From an uncultured bacterium (lineage in GTDB: Bacteria > Chloroflexota > UBA5177 > JANWHV01), in assembly GCA_963827235.1 (NCBI GenBank), contig CAWHAE010000009.1:1120001-1184000 (forward strand): DNA of 64,000 bases, written 5' to 3'. Position numbers and translations under genes: made by a program. Below the pieces are notes generated by a model, which was given only the letters and a program-made list of their open reading frames with translations, was not told where the DNA came from and ran no database searches. Of the stretch, positions 39,590 through 47,968 are shown in pieces. How positions within the stretch are numbered: position 1 is the stretch's first letter; the number at the start of each line of letters is the position of its first letter.

Positions 39590-41460
39590 TCTACGGTGGC
39601 ACTTTCCTTAGCGGCAGGCTGCAGGTACTTGAGATGCACATACTCTACCAGGTCCAGCACCGGCCAGGCGATCAATATGGCGATGGCCGAGTCGTTCGCC
39701 CACTGGTCCGCCGTATGCACGGGCCACGCCGCCGGCCCGAAACCCCACAGCGCGCTGCACACTACGACGAATAGCCATCCCCCGAGGCTCTGTGCCTTAA
39801 GGACCAGCCGCGCCTTGATCTCGTAGCGCCTGGTTTCTGGTGCCAGGTCGCGAAGTTGCCGGGCACTGCCGAGCATGCTCAGCATGAAGACGACCAGCGC
39901 CAGACCGGCGAAGACGCCTGAGGCGGCATACGCTGCCGCCGCTGTCAGGTGTACCGGCCCGATGGACTTGAGAAGTGACAGGTAGAGTGAGCACAGGGAA
40001 ACTAGCGCGAGGACGCCGCTCAGCAAGCCACACGAACGGTATTCGAGCTCCGGTAGCGAACCCGGGCCGTGCCAGCCGCCCATTCCGATGTTGAGCCCAA
40101 CCCTGATCGACCACCGTGGTACCGGCTCCAATGGCCAGGAGTGCCTGCCAACCCCCAACGCAGCCATGCGCCATCCAGCCGCCCACAGACGGCAGCACTG
40201 GAACGCGGCAAGGGCGACGCAGGCGAGTACCAAGCCGACATCGACGGCGAACAAGATGAGGATCGCGGCAAGCACGGCGGCGGAGGTACCTGACTTGAGC
40301 GCCATCACCGCTTCTGCGGCTACGCGCCGCGCCGTTTCCGTTCCAACGTCGAGAGCATGGGCCGCGCTCGCGGCCTGGACCGGTGGTGCCGGGGCGAGAG
40401 GAAGCGAGACGTGTAAGGTGGTCCCCGCTCCGGGCATGCTCTCCACCCTGACCGTACCATCGAGCCCGCGCACTCGTTCCCGTATGTTAGCAAGACCCAT
40501 GCCACCCGGTGCTGTGCTCGGTTCGAATCCTTGACCATCGTCGATCACCTGTAACTCGAGCGTAGCCGCGGTTTGATACAGCTTCACGGTCACGTGCTCA
40601 GCGCGAGCGTGCCGAGCAACGTTGGCGAACGCTTCCTGCGCCACGCGAAAGACGGCATCCTGCGCGCCCGGCGGCAGCCTCACGTCGGGCGGCAGATCAC
40701 CCAGCTCCAGGCTGGTAGCGGTTCCGCTCCTGTAGCCCAGGGCTTCCAGCTGGATGCGAAGTGCTTCGACCAGGCCAATACTCTCGAGCGGAGTGGGACG
40801 CAGCTGTTGCAGCAAGGCTTGCATCTCCATCTGCGCTTCATGAGCGCTCTCGCGCACCGCTGCAAGGGCGGCACGCGCACCTGCAGGGTCGGACTCCCAG
40901 CGAGCCTCGGCAGTGGCCGCACTCACGGCCATGCCGAAGATCTGCTGCTTGATGGAGTCGTGGAGATCGCGGGCCATGCGTTTCCGCTCCTCCTGCACTG
41001 CCGCTTCGCTGACCTGGCGCACAAGCTCCTGGTGGTAGCCTGCCGCCTGCCGCTCGCCGTCGAGGCGGTCCGAAAGCCGCCTGCCCAAGGCGTTGATGCC
41101 ATCCAGAAGCCAGGCAACCGGCCAGCCGACCGGCGACCGCGCATACTCCCAGGTCTGCCCGCTCGCAAGCCGTGCCATCCAGCGTTCGGCCATGACCAGA
41201 CTGTGGATGAACCAGCCATTGAGCGCAATTCCGGCAGCCGCTGCAAGGAAGCCCGCTGCAAGGAGCGATGGCCCGGCGGGGGCCCCGGCGTGCCGAAAGG
41301 CCAGCGTGAGGCCGGACGCGGCGATACCGGCGGCAAAGTGGCTGAGCCCAAGCTGGATCGCCGGGTCCGGGATGCGGTCGAGACCGGCTGCCGACTTCAG
41401 GTGCATGCGGCGGGTCCTCCAATGCTCCTCAGTATGGAGGAGCATTGGCTGGCCGGTCAT
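39586..41460 (-). CDS. HisKA_3 sensor histidine kinase with extra C-terminal membrane domain
   Basis: ERKRMARDLHDS, QEAFANVARH, DDGQGF, GMGLANIRER. Confidence 0.9.
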   Translation of the reverse strand: MTGQPMLLHTEEHWRTRRMHLKSAAGLDRIPDPAIQLGLSHFAAGIAASGLTLAFRHAGAPAGPSLLAAGFLAAAAGIALNGWFIHSLVMAERWMARLASGQTWEYARSPVGWPVAWLLDGINALGRRLSDRLDGERQAAGYHQELVRQVSEAAVQEERKRMARDLHDSIKQQIFGMAVSAATAEARWESDPAGARAALAAVRESAHEAQMEMQALLQQLRPTPLESIGLVEALRIQLEALGYRSGTATSLELGDLPPDVRLPPGAQDAVFRVAQEAFANVARHARAEHVTVKLYQTAATLELQVIDDGQGFEPSTAPGGMGLANIRERVRGLDGTVRVESMPGAGTTLHVSLPLAPAPPVQAASAAHALDVGTETARRVAAEAVMALKSGTSAAVLAAILILFAVDVGLVLACVALAAFQCCRLWAAGWRMAALGVGRHSWPLEPVPRWSIRVGLNIGMGGWHGPGSLPELEYRSCGLLSGVLALVSLCSLYLSLLKSIGPVHLTAAAAYAASGVFAGLALVVFMLSMLGSARQLRDLAPETRRYEIKARLVLKAQSLGGWLFVVVCSALWGFGPAAWPVHTADQWANDSAIAILIAWPVLDLVEYVHLKYLQPAAKESATVE

Positions 41461-41587
41461 CGCTCAAGGGAGTGGTTTTCATCTCCCCCGGACGGGTGAT
41501 TCCCCCGGCGGTCGCCGAGCCCAATGCTTCCAGGCAGGAGTCGCGGTATCCAACGCACCACCCGGCTGCGACCAGTTGTGAGCGGCC

Positions 41588-41622
41588 GGCCCCGTCCCTG
41601 CCATCTTGCCGCAGCTGGAGGC
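41588..41622 (-). repeat. Dispersed intergenic 35-bp motif, copy B
   Basis: Reverse complement reads GCCTCCAGCTGCGGCAAGATGGCAGGGACGGGGCC. Confidence 0.7.
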
Positions 41623-41944
41623 TCCTCGTCCACTGCGCCGCAGATTCGGATGGGAAGCCTTCAAAGGGTGCATAACTTGTTGGCGGGCGCAAAGACCGGT
41701 TCCGGCCTGACCGCCGGAAGTGCGAAGCGATTGATCGCTACGGTCAATGCGGACGCATTGTCGGCGAAGCTCAGCCTGAACATGGGCCGCGACATGGTGG
41801 CCCGGTATCTTTGGCGCAGGTATCTGTGTGGGCGAAAGCGGGTTAAAATCCTCGACTTGGAGAGGAAATGAGGCTCCCCGTGCTAAAGCACCGGGCAGCA
41901 GATACGCGGCCTGCTTCGCAGATGCACTACTAAAGAAGCTGCGA

Positions 41945-42709
41945 TTACTGATTCGGGGAGTAGCGCAGGGAACCCGGGGTGGTGAGCATCTCACCGGTCT
42001 CCAGCAACGTTTTCAGTCCGGAGAGGATCATCATCCAGCCGCCGAACAGCTCGTCGTTGGCGCCCTCGCGCATCTGGTCATGGGTGACGACCAGCCGGCA
42101 GGAATCTCCCACCCGCTCGATCTCCCAGGTCACCCGGGAAGTCCCCTCGGCCTTGACGTCGTCGCTCCAAAGCGCGTTAAAGCTCTGCACGAGCCGGCGC
42201 GGCGGCTCGACCTCCAGATTCTCGCCCGCCAGGATCGGCGTGGGGGCGAGCGGGCTGGTGCCTTCGTAGGGCGAGCCGGGCGTCCAGTCCGAGGCAACGC
42301 CGACGCCGAAGTTGTATTTCCGCCGCATCTGGGCGTCGGTTATCGCCTGCCACAGGCGTTCGGGCGTCGTCTTGATGTAGATCTCGAACACTTTCTCCAT
42401 GTCTGCCTCCTCGAGATTGCGTTTGAGCCCTGCCAGCGCGGCGGCCCAGGGCTCCGCGTACTTGCTCACCCACCGATCGTGGAGGAGCCTGATCGGAACG
42501 CGGTTCAGGAAGTGCAGCTTCTCGCGACCTCGTCGCCTGGTGATCACCAGTCCTGCCTGCTCGAGCACGCGCAGGTGCTTCATGACGCCGAAGCGCGTCA
42601 TCGGCAGGCTCTGCTCGAGCGCGCTCAGGCTCTGCCCATCCTGCTGGAACAGGGCGTCGAGCAGAGCGCGGCGCGTGGGATCGGCAAGAGCCCTGAATAC
42701 CTCGTCCAT
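41945..42709 (-). CDS. ArsR-family regulator fused to an SRPBCC (AHSA1) domain
   Basis: FRALADPTRR.LL, KHLRVLE.AGL, YIKTTPERLW, GW..ILSGLKTLLETG. Confidence 0.92.
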   Translation of the reverse strand: MDEVFRALADPTRRALLDALFQQDGQSLSALEQSLPMTRFGVMKHLRVLEQAGLVITRRRGREKLHFLNRVPIRLLHDRWVSKYAEPWAAALAGLKRNLEEADMEKVFEIYIKTTPERLWQAITDAQMRRKYNFGVGVASDWTPGSPYEGTSPLAPTPILAGENLEVEPPRRLVQSFNALWSDDVKAEGTSRVTWEIERVGDSCRLVVTHDQMREGANDELFGGWMMILSGLKTLLETGEMLTTPGSLRYSPNQ

Positions 42710-42716
42710 GTAGCAC

Positions 42717-42746
42717 ATTATATGTGACTATTTGGTCACATGTCAA
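42717..42746 (-). promoter_or_regulatory. Leaderless promoter with ArsR-type operator
   Basis: TTGACA-N18-TATAAT, 7 nt before the ATG; palindrome ATGTGAC-N6-GTCACAT occupies the spacer. Confidence 0.8.
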
Positions 42747-42771
42747 GCCGGCTTGAGGGTGAGCTCTCTAG

Positions 42772-42915
42772 TCAGCGCCTTCGAGCGGGACGCGCTCGTC
42801 GTCGCCGAGGAAGCTCTACCAGGGCGTGTCGATCACTCCGGGCGACACCGCGTTCACGCGTAGCGGCGCCAGCTCAACGGCCAGCGGCGGCACCGGCGCC
42901 TCGACCGCAACCGAG
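42772..42915 (-). pseudogene. SDR oxidoreductase C-terminal remnant
   Basis: AVEAPVPPLAVELAPLRVNAVSPGVIDTPW* with no N-terminal Rossmann fold. Confidence 0.6.
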
Positions 42916-42995
42916 CCGGTGTTGCGCCTGCTCTCACCGCGACTATGCCCCTGTCGCGCCAAGGCTGTGCGCACCGGTGTGGCATGGCCGGGCGC

Positions 42996-43343
42996 TCAGA
43001 ACAGCCACACCAGGGTGGCGCGCGGAGCGTCCGGGGAAGTTGCCAGAACGGACCCGCGGCAACCGGCCTGGCTCTCGATGCGTAGCCGCAGGGCATCGAG
43101 GCCGAGTCCCCCGGGGAGCGGGCGAGAAGAGCCGCGGCCCTTGAGCCATATGCGACACGTGATGCCTTCGCCGAGCGTGGACGGCATCACCTCTACCATG
43201 CCTACTGCCGGATGCTCACGCAGGTGAGCAGTGGCCTGCATCACGAGGGCGAGGCAACGGCGGTAATAGAGCGGGCGAGGCTCAGGCCAGGCATGGTCGC
43301 TAGCTGCCATGTACCACCTCTTCTCTACTTGAGGGTAGCCCAT
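42996..43343 (-). CDS. Hypothetical protein
   Basis: ORF MGYPQVEKRWYM..., protein-like composition; no motif recognised. Confidence 0.3.
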   Translation of the reverse strand: MGYPQVEKRWYMAASDHAWPEPRPLYYRRCLALVMQATAHLREHPAVGMVEVMPSTLGEGITCRIWLKGRGSSRPLPGGLGLDALRLRIESQAGCRGSVLATSPDAPRATLVWLF

Positions 43344-43401
43344 GGCGTCGTTCTGCGCGCGGCGACTGCTATCCGCGGGCCAAGGCGGCGGCAGGCACCG
43401 C

Positions 43402-44178
43402 CTACTTGCTGCTGCCCGGCCCGTCTTCCCGGAAGCGAGCCATGGCCGCATGGTAGTCCGCAGCGCTGCCGGTATGGGCGGTAACCAGGAGCTCGACGCC
43501 GTCGAGCAGACCCTGCATGCCGGAGGCTAGACGCCGGATGGAGGCCACCGACTGGTCGGAATCGTTGTTCATTGCCGGCCAGGTCACTTCGGCCACACCG
43601 TTGCGCAGCATCAGCAGGTCGCCCGTGAACAGCCAGCGGCCGTTGACCAGGTAGCTGGTGGAGCCCGGCGTGTGGCCCGGAGTGAGGATGGCGCGGACGG
43701 TGATGCTGCCGTGTGTGGCGGTCTCGCCATCGGCAATCGTCGAATAGGGCCGGCCAAAGCCGTGGCGAGCTCGCATGGAGAAGAAGAACATGCGTCGTGG
43801 TGCCGCACCTGTCGCCACGGGCACCTCGGCCTCGGGCAGGATGACGCGCGCCCTGGAGTAGAGATCGAGGGCGCCGACGTGATCCCGGTCGGAGTGAGTG
43901 AGATAGACGGCATCGACGGTGTCCGGATCGACCGGCAGGGTGGCCAGGGCGCGGGCAAAGCGGTCTCGCCGCATGCCCGCGTCAATGGCGATGCTCGTGT
44001 GTCCATCGCTGATTACGTAGCCGGCTACGTTTCCGTCCCGGATGGCCCAGAGTCCTTCGGCCCGCGGGCCCGTTACGCAGACATTGCGCATGGGGGCAAA
44101 TCCACGCATGGCGCGAACGACTGCCACGGCCAATCCGGCGACGGCAATCAGAACGGCCGGCAGGATCTTCTTTGGCAT
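43402..44178 (-). CDS. MBL-fold metallo-hydrolase with N-terminal signal/anchor
   Basis: THSDRDH, PGHTPGS, FTGD, TAH. Confidence 0.9.
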   Translation of the reverse strand: MPKKILPAVLIAVAGLAVAVVRAMRGFAPMRNVCVTGPRAEGLWAIRDGNVAGYVISDGHTSIAIDAGMRRDRFARALATLPVDPDTVDAVYLTHSDRDHVGALDLYSRARVILPEAEVPVATGAAPRRMFFFSMRARHGFGRPYSTIADGETATHGSITVRAILTPGHTPGSTSYLVNGRWLFTGDLLMLRNGVAEVTWPAMNNDSDQSVASIRRLASGMQGLLDGVELLVTAHTGSAADYHAAMARFREDGPGSSK

Positions 44179-44336
44179 ATTCCTTACTCCCTGGAGTGCT
44201 TCGTTTCCCATACACAATTGTAGAGCTGTCCGAGGCTCCCGTCTGTTTGGGGGATGGGCGCCCCAGCCGCCATGATCTAGACTTTGCTCACGAGCAGGTG
44301 TCTGGTCTGGGCACCTCGACTCCTGGGGAGTGGGGA

Positions 44337-46220
44337 GTGCACCAGAGTTTCGAGCGGGCGGACGACCACATTGCCTGGCTTCTGCAGACTACCAACCGCA
44401 TGGTGGGCTGCACTACCGTGCCGTCCTTGCTGGACCTGGCCTACGACGCCATCCGCGGTGGTCTGGGCTACGACCGGGTCGGCCTCATGGTGGTTGACGT
44501 AGACGGTGTCCGGCTGGTGGAGCACGTCGGCACGGATGACCACGGGCAGAAGTTCCACCCGCCCATGCGTGCCTCTTGCCTGGCAGACGGCGACTATCAC
44601 GCCCGCCTGCTTGCCGACCCCCGGCTCCAGGCCTCCGGGCCAGGCTTCATCCTCTGGGACGATCCCTATCATGGCGTGCCGGACCAAGCCGTGGTGCGCT
44701 TCGACGGGCACCCGGACCAGATCCTGCGCGTCGCTTTGCGCCTGCCCGACCGCGTGACCGGCCTCATATCGGTGGACAACCTCATCACGGGCCGTCGGAT
44801 CACGCCGGCCGATGCTCCGCCGCTGGTCGCCTTTGCCAATGCGCTAGCAGCCGCCCTGCGCAGCGTGCAGATGCTCGAGGATCGAGAGCGCCGGGTAGCA
44901 GCGCTAGACACGGACCTGCGGCAGCGGGTAGCGGAGCTGGAGTGGCTGCGCGAGATCAGCCGGGAGGTGAACGCCGGTGGATCCCTTGAGGCCGTGCTCG
45001 ACACCGTGTACGACGGCATTCGCGCCGGCCTCCGCTACGATCGGGTCGGCATCGAGCTGTTGGATTACGATGCAAACACCTTTGTCGAGTACCTCGGCAC
45101 CGATGCTGCCGGCAACAAGACACGCCCTACCAGTCGCGTGGCGAGTCTCAGCCAGGATAGCGACATATGGACCATGCCGGGAGTGGCGGCGGTTCTCCGA
45201 GGCGCCGAGTACTACTACACGACCAACGCTTATGCTGAATGGCCGGAAGACACGCGCTTTCGATTCGACGGTATGCCGCGCCAGTTACTGCTGGTTCCGC
45301 TGCACGCGGGCGACAAGGTGGTCGGCATCATCACCGTGGACAACCTGCTAACCGGCCGGCCGATCTGCGAAAGCGATGCGCGCCCGCTGCTGGCCCTAGC
45401 CTATCAGGTCGATACCGCTGTGGAGAACGCGCGCAAGCAGCGGCAGATTCTGCAGGCGGAACGGGCAAATGCTCGTGCCGCCCAGGAGCTGGCTCAGCTT
45501 CGCGACGAGTTCGTGGCTACCGTGAGCCACGAGCTGCGAAGTCCGCTGACCGCGATCATCGGCTACGGTGAGCTGCTCGAAGCGCGTTGGGATCAGCTAG
45601 CCGACGCGCACCGGCGCGAAAGCATCAGGCGCATCGTGCTCTCGGCCAACCGGCAGCTTCGCCTGGTGGAAGATTTGCTCCTGCTCAGCCGGCTGGAGCA
45701 CGGAACGGTGCGGAACGATGGCGTGCCTACGGACATACCGGCCATGGCGCTGCGTGCCGCGGACGAGGTACGCGCCAACTATCCCGACCAGCGCATCGAC
45801 CTCGAGGGCTGCCCGGCCGCCTACGTGCGGGCCGATCCGGACAAGATCGTGCAGATCGTGGTCAATCTGGCCGACAACGCGGCCAAGTACTCGCCAGAAG
45901 GGGAGCCAGTCACCATCTCCTGGGACCTGGAGCGGCGACTGGCGGCAAACGCGCAGTCGGAGGCCGGCCTCTGGGTCGTGCTCCGCGTGCGCGACCACGG
46001 GGCTGGCCTGCCCTCAAGGGGCCGCGAGCGGCTGTTTCAGCGTTTTGGCAGGCTGGATGGAAGCCGGACCCGAAGCGGCCGCGTTGGGACGGGTCTGGGA
46101 CTCTATCTGAGCCGCCAGCTTGCTCGCGCGATGCGCGGCGACCTGGATCTCGAGACAACCGGTCCCCGCGGGAGCGTCTTTCGCCTGTCGCTGCCGGCGG
46201 TCTCAGCCGCGGGAAGCTAG
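44337..46220 (+). CDS. Cytoplasmic GAF-GAF sensor histidine kinase (orphan)
   Basis: Duplicated YD.IR.GL.YDRVG...VDNL.TGR.I domains; VSHELRSPL, NAAKYS, DHG.G, GTGLGL. Confidence 0.9.
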   Translation: MHQSFERADDHIAWLLQTTNRMVGCTTVPSLLDLAYDAIRGGLGYDRVGLMVVDVDGVRLVEHVGTDDHGQKFHPPMRASCLADGDYHARLLADPRLQASGPGFILWDDPYHGVPDQAVVRFDGHPDQILRVALRLPDRVTGLISVDNLITGRRITPADAPPLVAFANALAAALRSVQMLEDRERRVAALDTDLRQRVAELEWLREISREVNAGGSLEAVLDTVYDGIRAGLRYDRVGIELLDYDANTFVEYLGTDAAGNKTRPTSRVASLSQDSDIWTMPGVAAVLRGAEYYYTTNAYAEWPEDTRFRFDGMPRQLLLVPLHAGDKVVGIITVDNLLTGRPICESDARPLLALAYQVDTAVENARKQRQILQAERANARAAQELAQLRDEFVATVSHELRSPLTAIIGYGELLEARWDQLADAHRRESIRRIVLSANRQLRLVEDLLLLSRLEHGTVRNDGVPTDIPAMALRAADEVRANYPDQRIDLEGCPAAYVRADPDKIVQIVVNLADNAAKYSPEGEPVTISWDLERRLAANAQSEAGLWVVLRVRDHGAGLPSRGRERLFQRFGRLDGSRTRSGRVGTGLGLYLSRQLARAMRGDLDLETTGPRGSVFRLSLPAVSAAGS

Positions 46221-47314
46221 AAGCCCAGCGGATTGCGCCTGCCGTAGCCGACCAGCTCCGTGTAGGAACGGCCGGCAATCGGCTTGCCCTGCAGTGTGCC
46301 TGCCACCAGGCAGCTTCCCTCCCAGTAGGATGGGCCGAGGCCGAGTGGATCCACGACCTCCTGAGCCGCCATGACCGGCGTCACCTGCGCGTCCAGCCCA
46401 AGCGCCGGTACGACGATGTGCCAGCCTTGCGGATAGCGGGCGCCGGTGGCGGGACTGGTCCACGACTGCGTTGAAGGGGTCATCTGCGAGCCGGTGTAGA
46501 CCATCTGCGAGCCGTCTGGGAAGCTGGCAGAGGCGCTCTTGGTCACGGTGTGCGGGCCGTCGAAGTTGACGAGCACCACGCTGGTACCGTTGTCGAGCTG
46601 TACGCCCATCCAGTCCCAGCCGCGAATGGCAGCCCACTTCCAGCTGCCCCACTGATGGTCCATCCACGTGGTGCCGGTGACGGCATAGGAGCGGCCGCCG
46701 GCGGTGAGGGTGCCCCTGGTACGCAGGTTGGTCAGGCTGTAGTAGTACGAGTAGCCGCCGCTGCCCATCGGCACCACGCCCTGGCCGCCCTCCAACAAGG
46801 GCCGGCGGGCGGTATCGACGGTCAGGTCGATCGAGCCGGCGCTGATGGCGCCTCGCAGGTGGTAGGACAAGTCGGGGCCCGGCAGGGTATCGATTGCCGC
46901 CGAGACGCTGTCGCCGGCAGCGCGGATCGACAGGCTCGAGGTCGACATAATCGTCTTGGGTGGATGAGGCACAACGTAGTCGACGCCGGCGTGGAACTGC
47001 TTAGCCGCTTCGTCGGTGATTGCGAAGTCGAGGCGATAGCCCTCGTCCACGGGGGACAACGGGAACACCGTCTTCAGGCCCTGCAGCTTGAAGGTGACCA
47101 GCTCGAAACCGAATGCGCGACCGGCGGCGTCCCGGAGATGGCCGGTGAAGTACCACCATTCGGTCTGCGCGTCCGGGTGCATGCGTGCGTCGGCCGGAAG
47201 CGCGACTGCGGCGTAGGCCGCGGGGCGGGCGAGCGCAGCGGCCGGCGCCGCCTGGCAGAGGGCGACCACGGCCAGGGCCGCCAGCCAGCGTGAGATTGAC
47301 TTACTCCTAGCCAC
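46217..47314 (-). CDS. Secreted AttH/CrtC-like lipocalin-domain protein
   Basis: Signal peptide; H.D..TEWWYFTG, SYYYS, WMDHQWG, GWDW, YWEG, YTELVGY. Confidence 0.85.
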   Translation of the reverse strand: MARSKSISRWLAALAVVALCQAAPAAALARPAAYAAVALPADARMHPDAQTEWWYFTGHLRDAAGRAFGFELVTFKLQGLKTVFPLSPVDEGYRLDFAITDEAAKQFHAGVDYVVPHPPKTIMSTSSLSIRAAGDSVSAAIDTLPGPDLSYHLRGAISAGSIDLTVDTARRPLLEGGQGVVPMGSGGYSYYYSLTNLRTRGTLTAGGRSYAVTGTTWMDHQWGSWKWAAIRGWDWMGVQLDNGTSVVLVNFDGPHTVTKSASASFPDGSQMVYTGSQMTPSTQSWTSPATGARYPQGWHIVVPALGLDAQVTPVMAAQEVVDPLGLGPSYWEGSCLVAGTLQGKPIAGRSYTELVGYGRRNPLGF

Positions 47315-47450
47315 GGGCACCACTCCCTTGTCGCCAACACCGAGCCGGCGAGCCATCGCGCGGCCACAGAGCTTTCTCGAGCGCCGGAGCTACCGGCTGC
47401 CACTGCATCAGTACCAGTTTCACGGCCTGTAAGGCAAGCATGGACAACTC

Positions 47451-47488
47451 TGTAGACATACTAGAACTAACGTTCTAGTATGTCTACA
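47451..47488. promoter_or_regulatory. Perfect 38-bp palindrome: LexA-type box inside a symmetric bidirectional promoter
   Basis: TGTAGACATACTAGAAC-TAAC-GTTCTAGTATGTCTACA contains AGAAC-N4-GTTCT and TAGACA-N17-TAGTAT on both strands. Confidence 0.75.
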
Positions 47489-47535
47489 CGGGTGGGCGAA
47501 GTGTTCGCGCACCGTTGTTGGGACAGGAGAAAACC

Positions 47536-47712
47536 ATGGTCACCGCCGAACGCGACTTTCACCGCTCTCATCGCCGCGTCTATGCCGTGCGGAGGTCGCG
47601 GACCGCCGACCGGCCCTGGCGCCATCCGCAGTTCGCCGGAGACGTCGTGCTCGCCCTGTTCGGCCTGTACGTGCTCTACCTCCTGGCAAGCGTGGTGGCC
47701 TCGCTGCCGTAG
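47536..47712 (+). CDS. 58-aa small membrane protein (basic N-terminus, C-terminal TM helix)
   Basis: SD AGGAG 6 nt before the ATG, GC3-rich codons, TM VVLALFGLYVLYLLASVVASLP. Confidence 0.65.
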   Translation: MVTAERDFHRSHRRVYAVRRSRTADRPWRHPQFAGDVVLALFGLYVLYLLASVVASLP

Positions 47713-47968
47713 AATTGGTGGGCGGCCTCCAGAAGTGGTCGGATGGCAGCAGATGGGGGACTGCGGTCCCGAGGAATGGGTTCGGAGACGGGCCTTCCGA
47801 AGTCGCAGATGCCGGGAACGAGCGGCCTGGCCTCCATCGGCGGGAGGGCAGTGACAGGCCGGCTGCGGCCGGTTGGTGCGCGGCCGCAGTCGCCGTCTGC
47901 CGGTATGACTCCGCGGAGTCATGCTGCATGCGCTCATGGCGGGCAGCGCTCGGCCCGCCGCGGATGCC

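Noticed and set aside
41650-41871. Short lower-GC ORF between the kinase and arsR genes
   Set aside because: No SD or family signature recognised.
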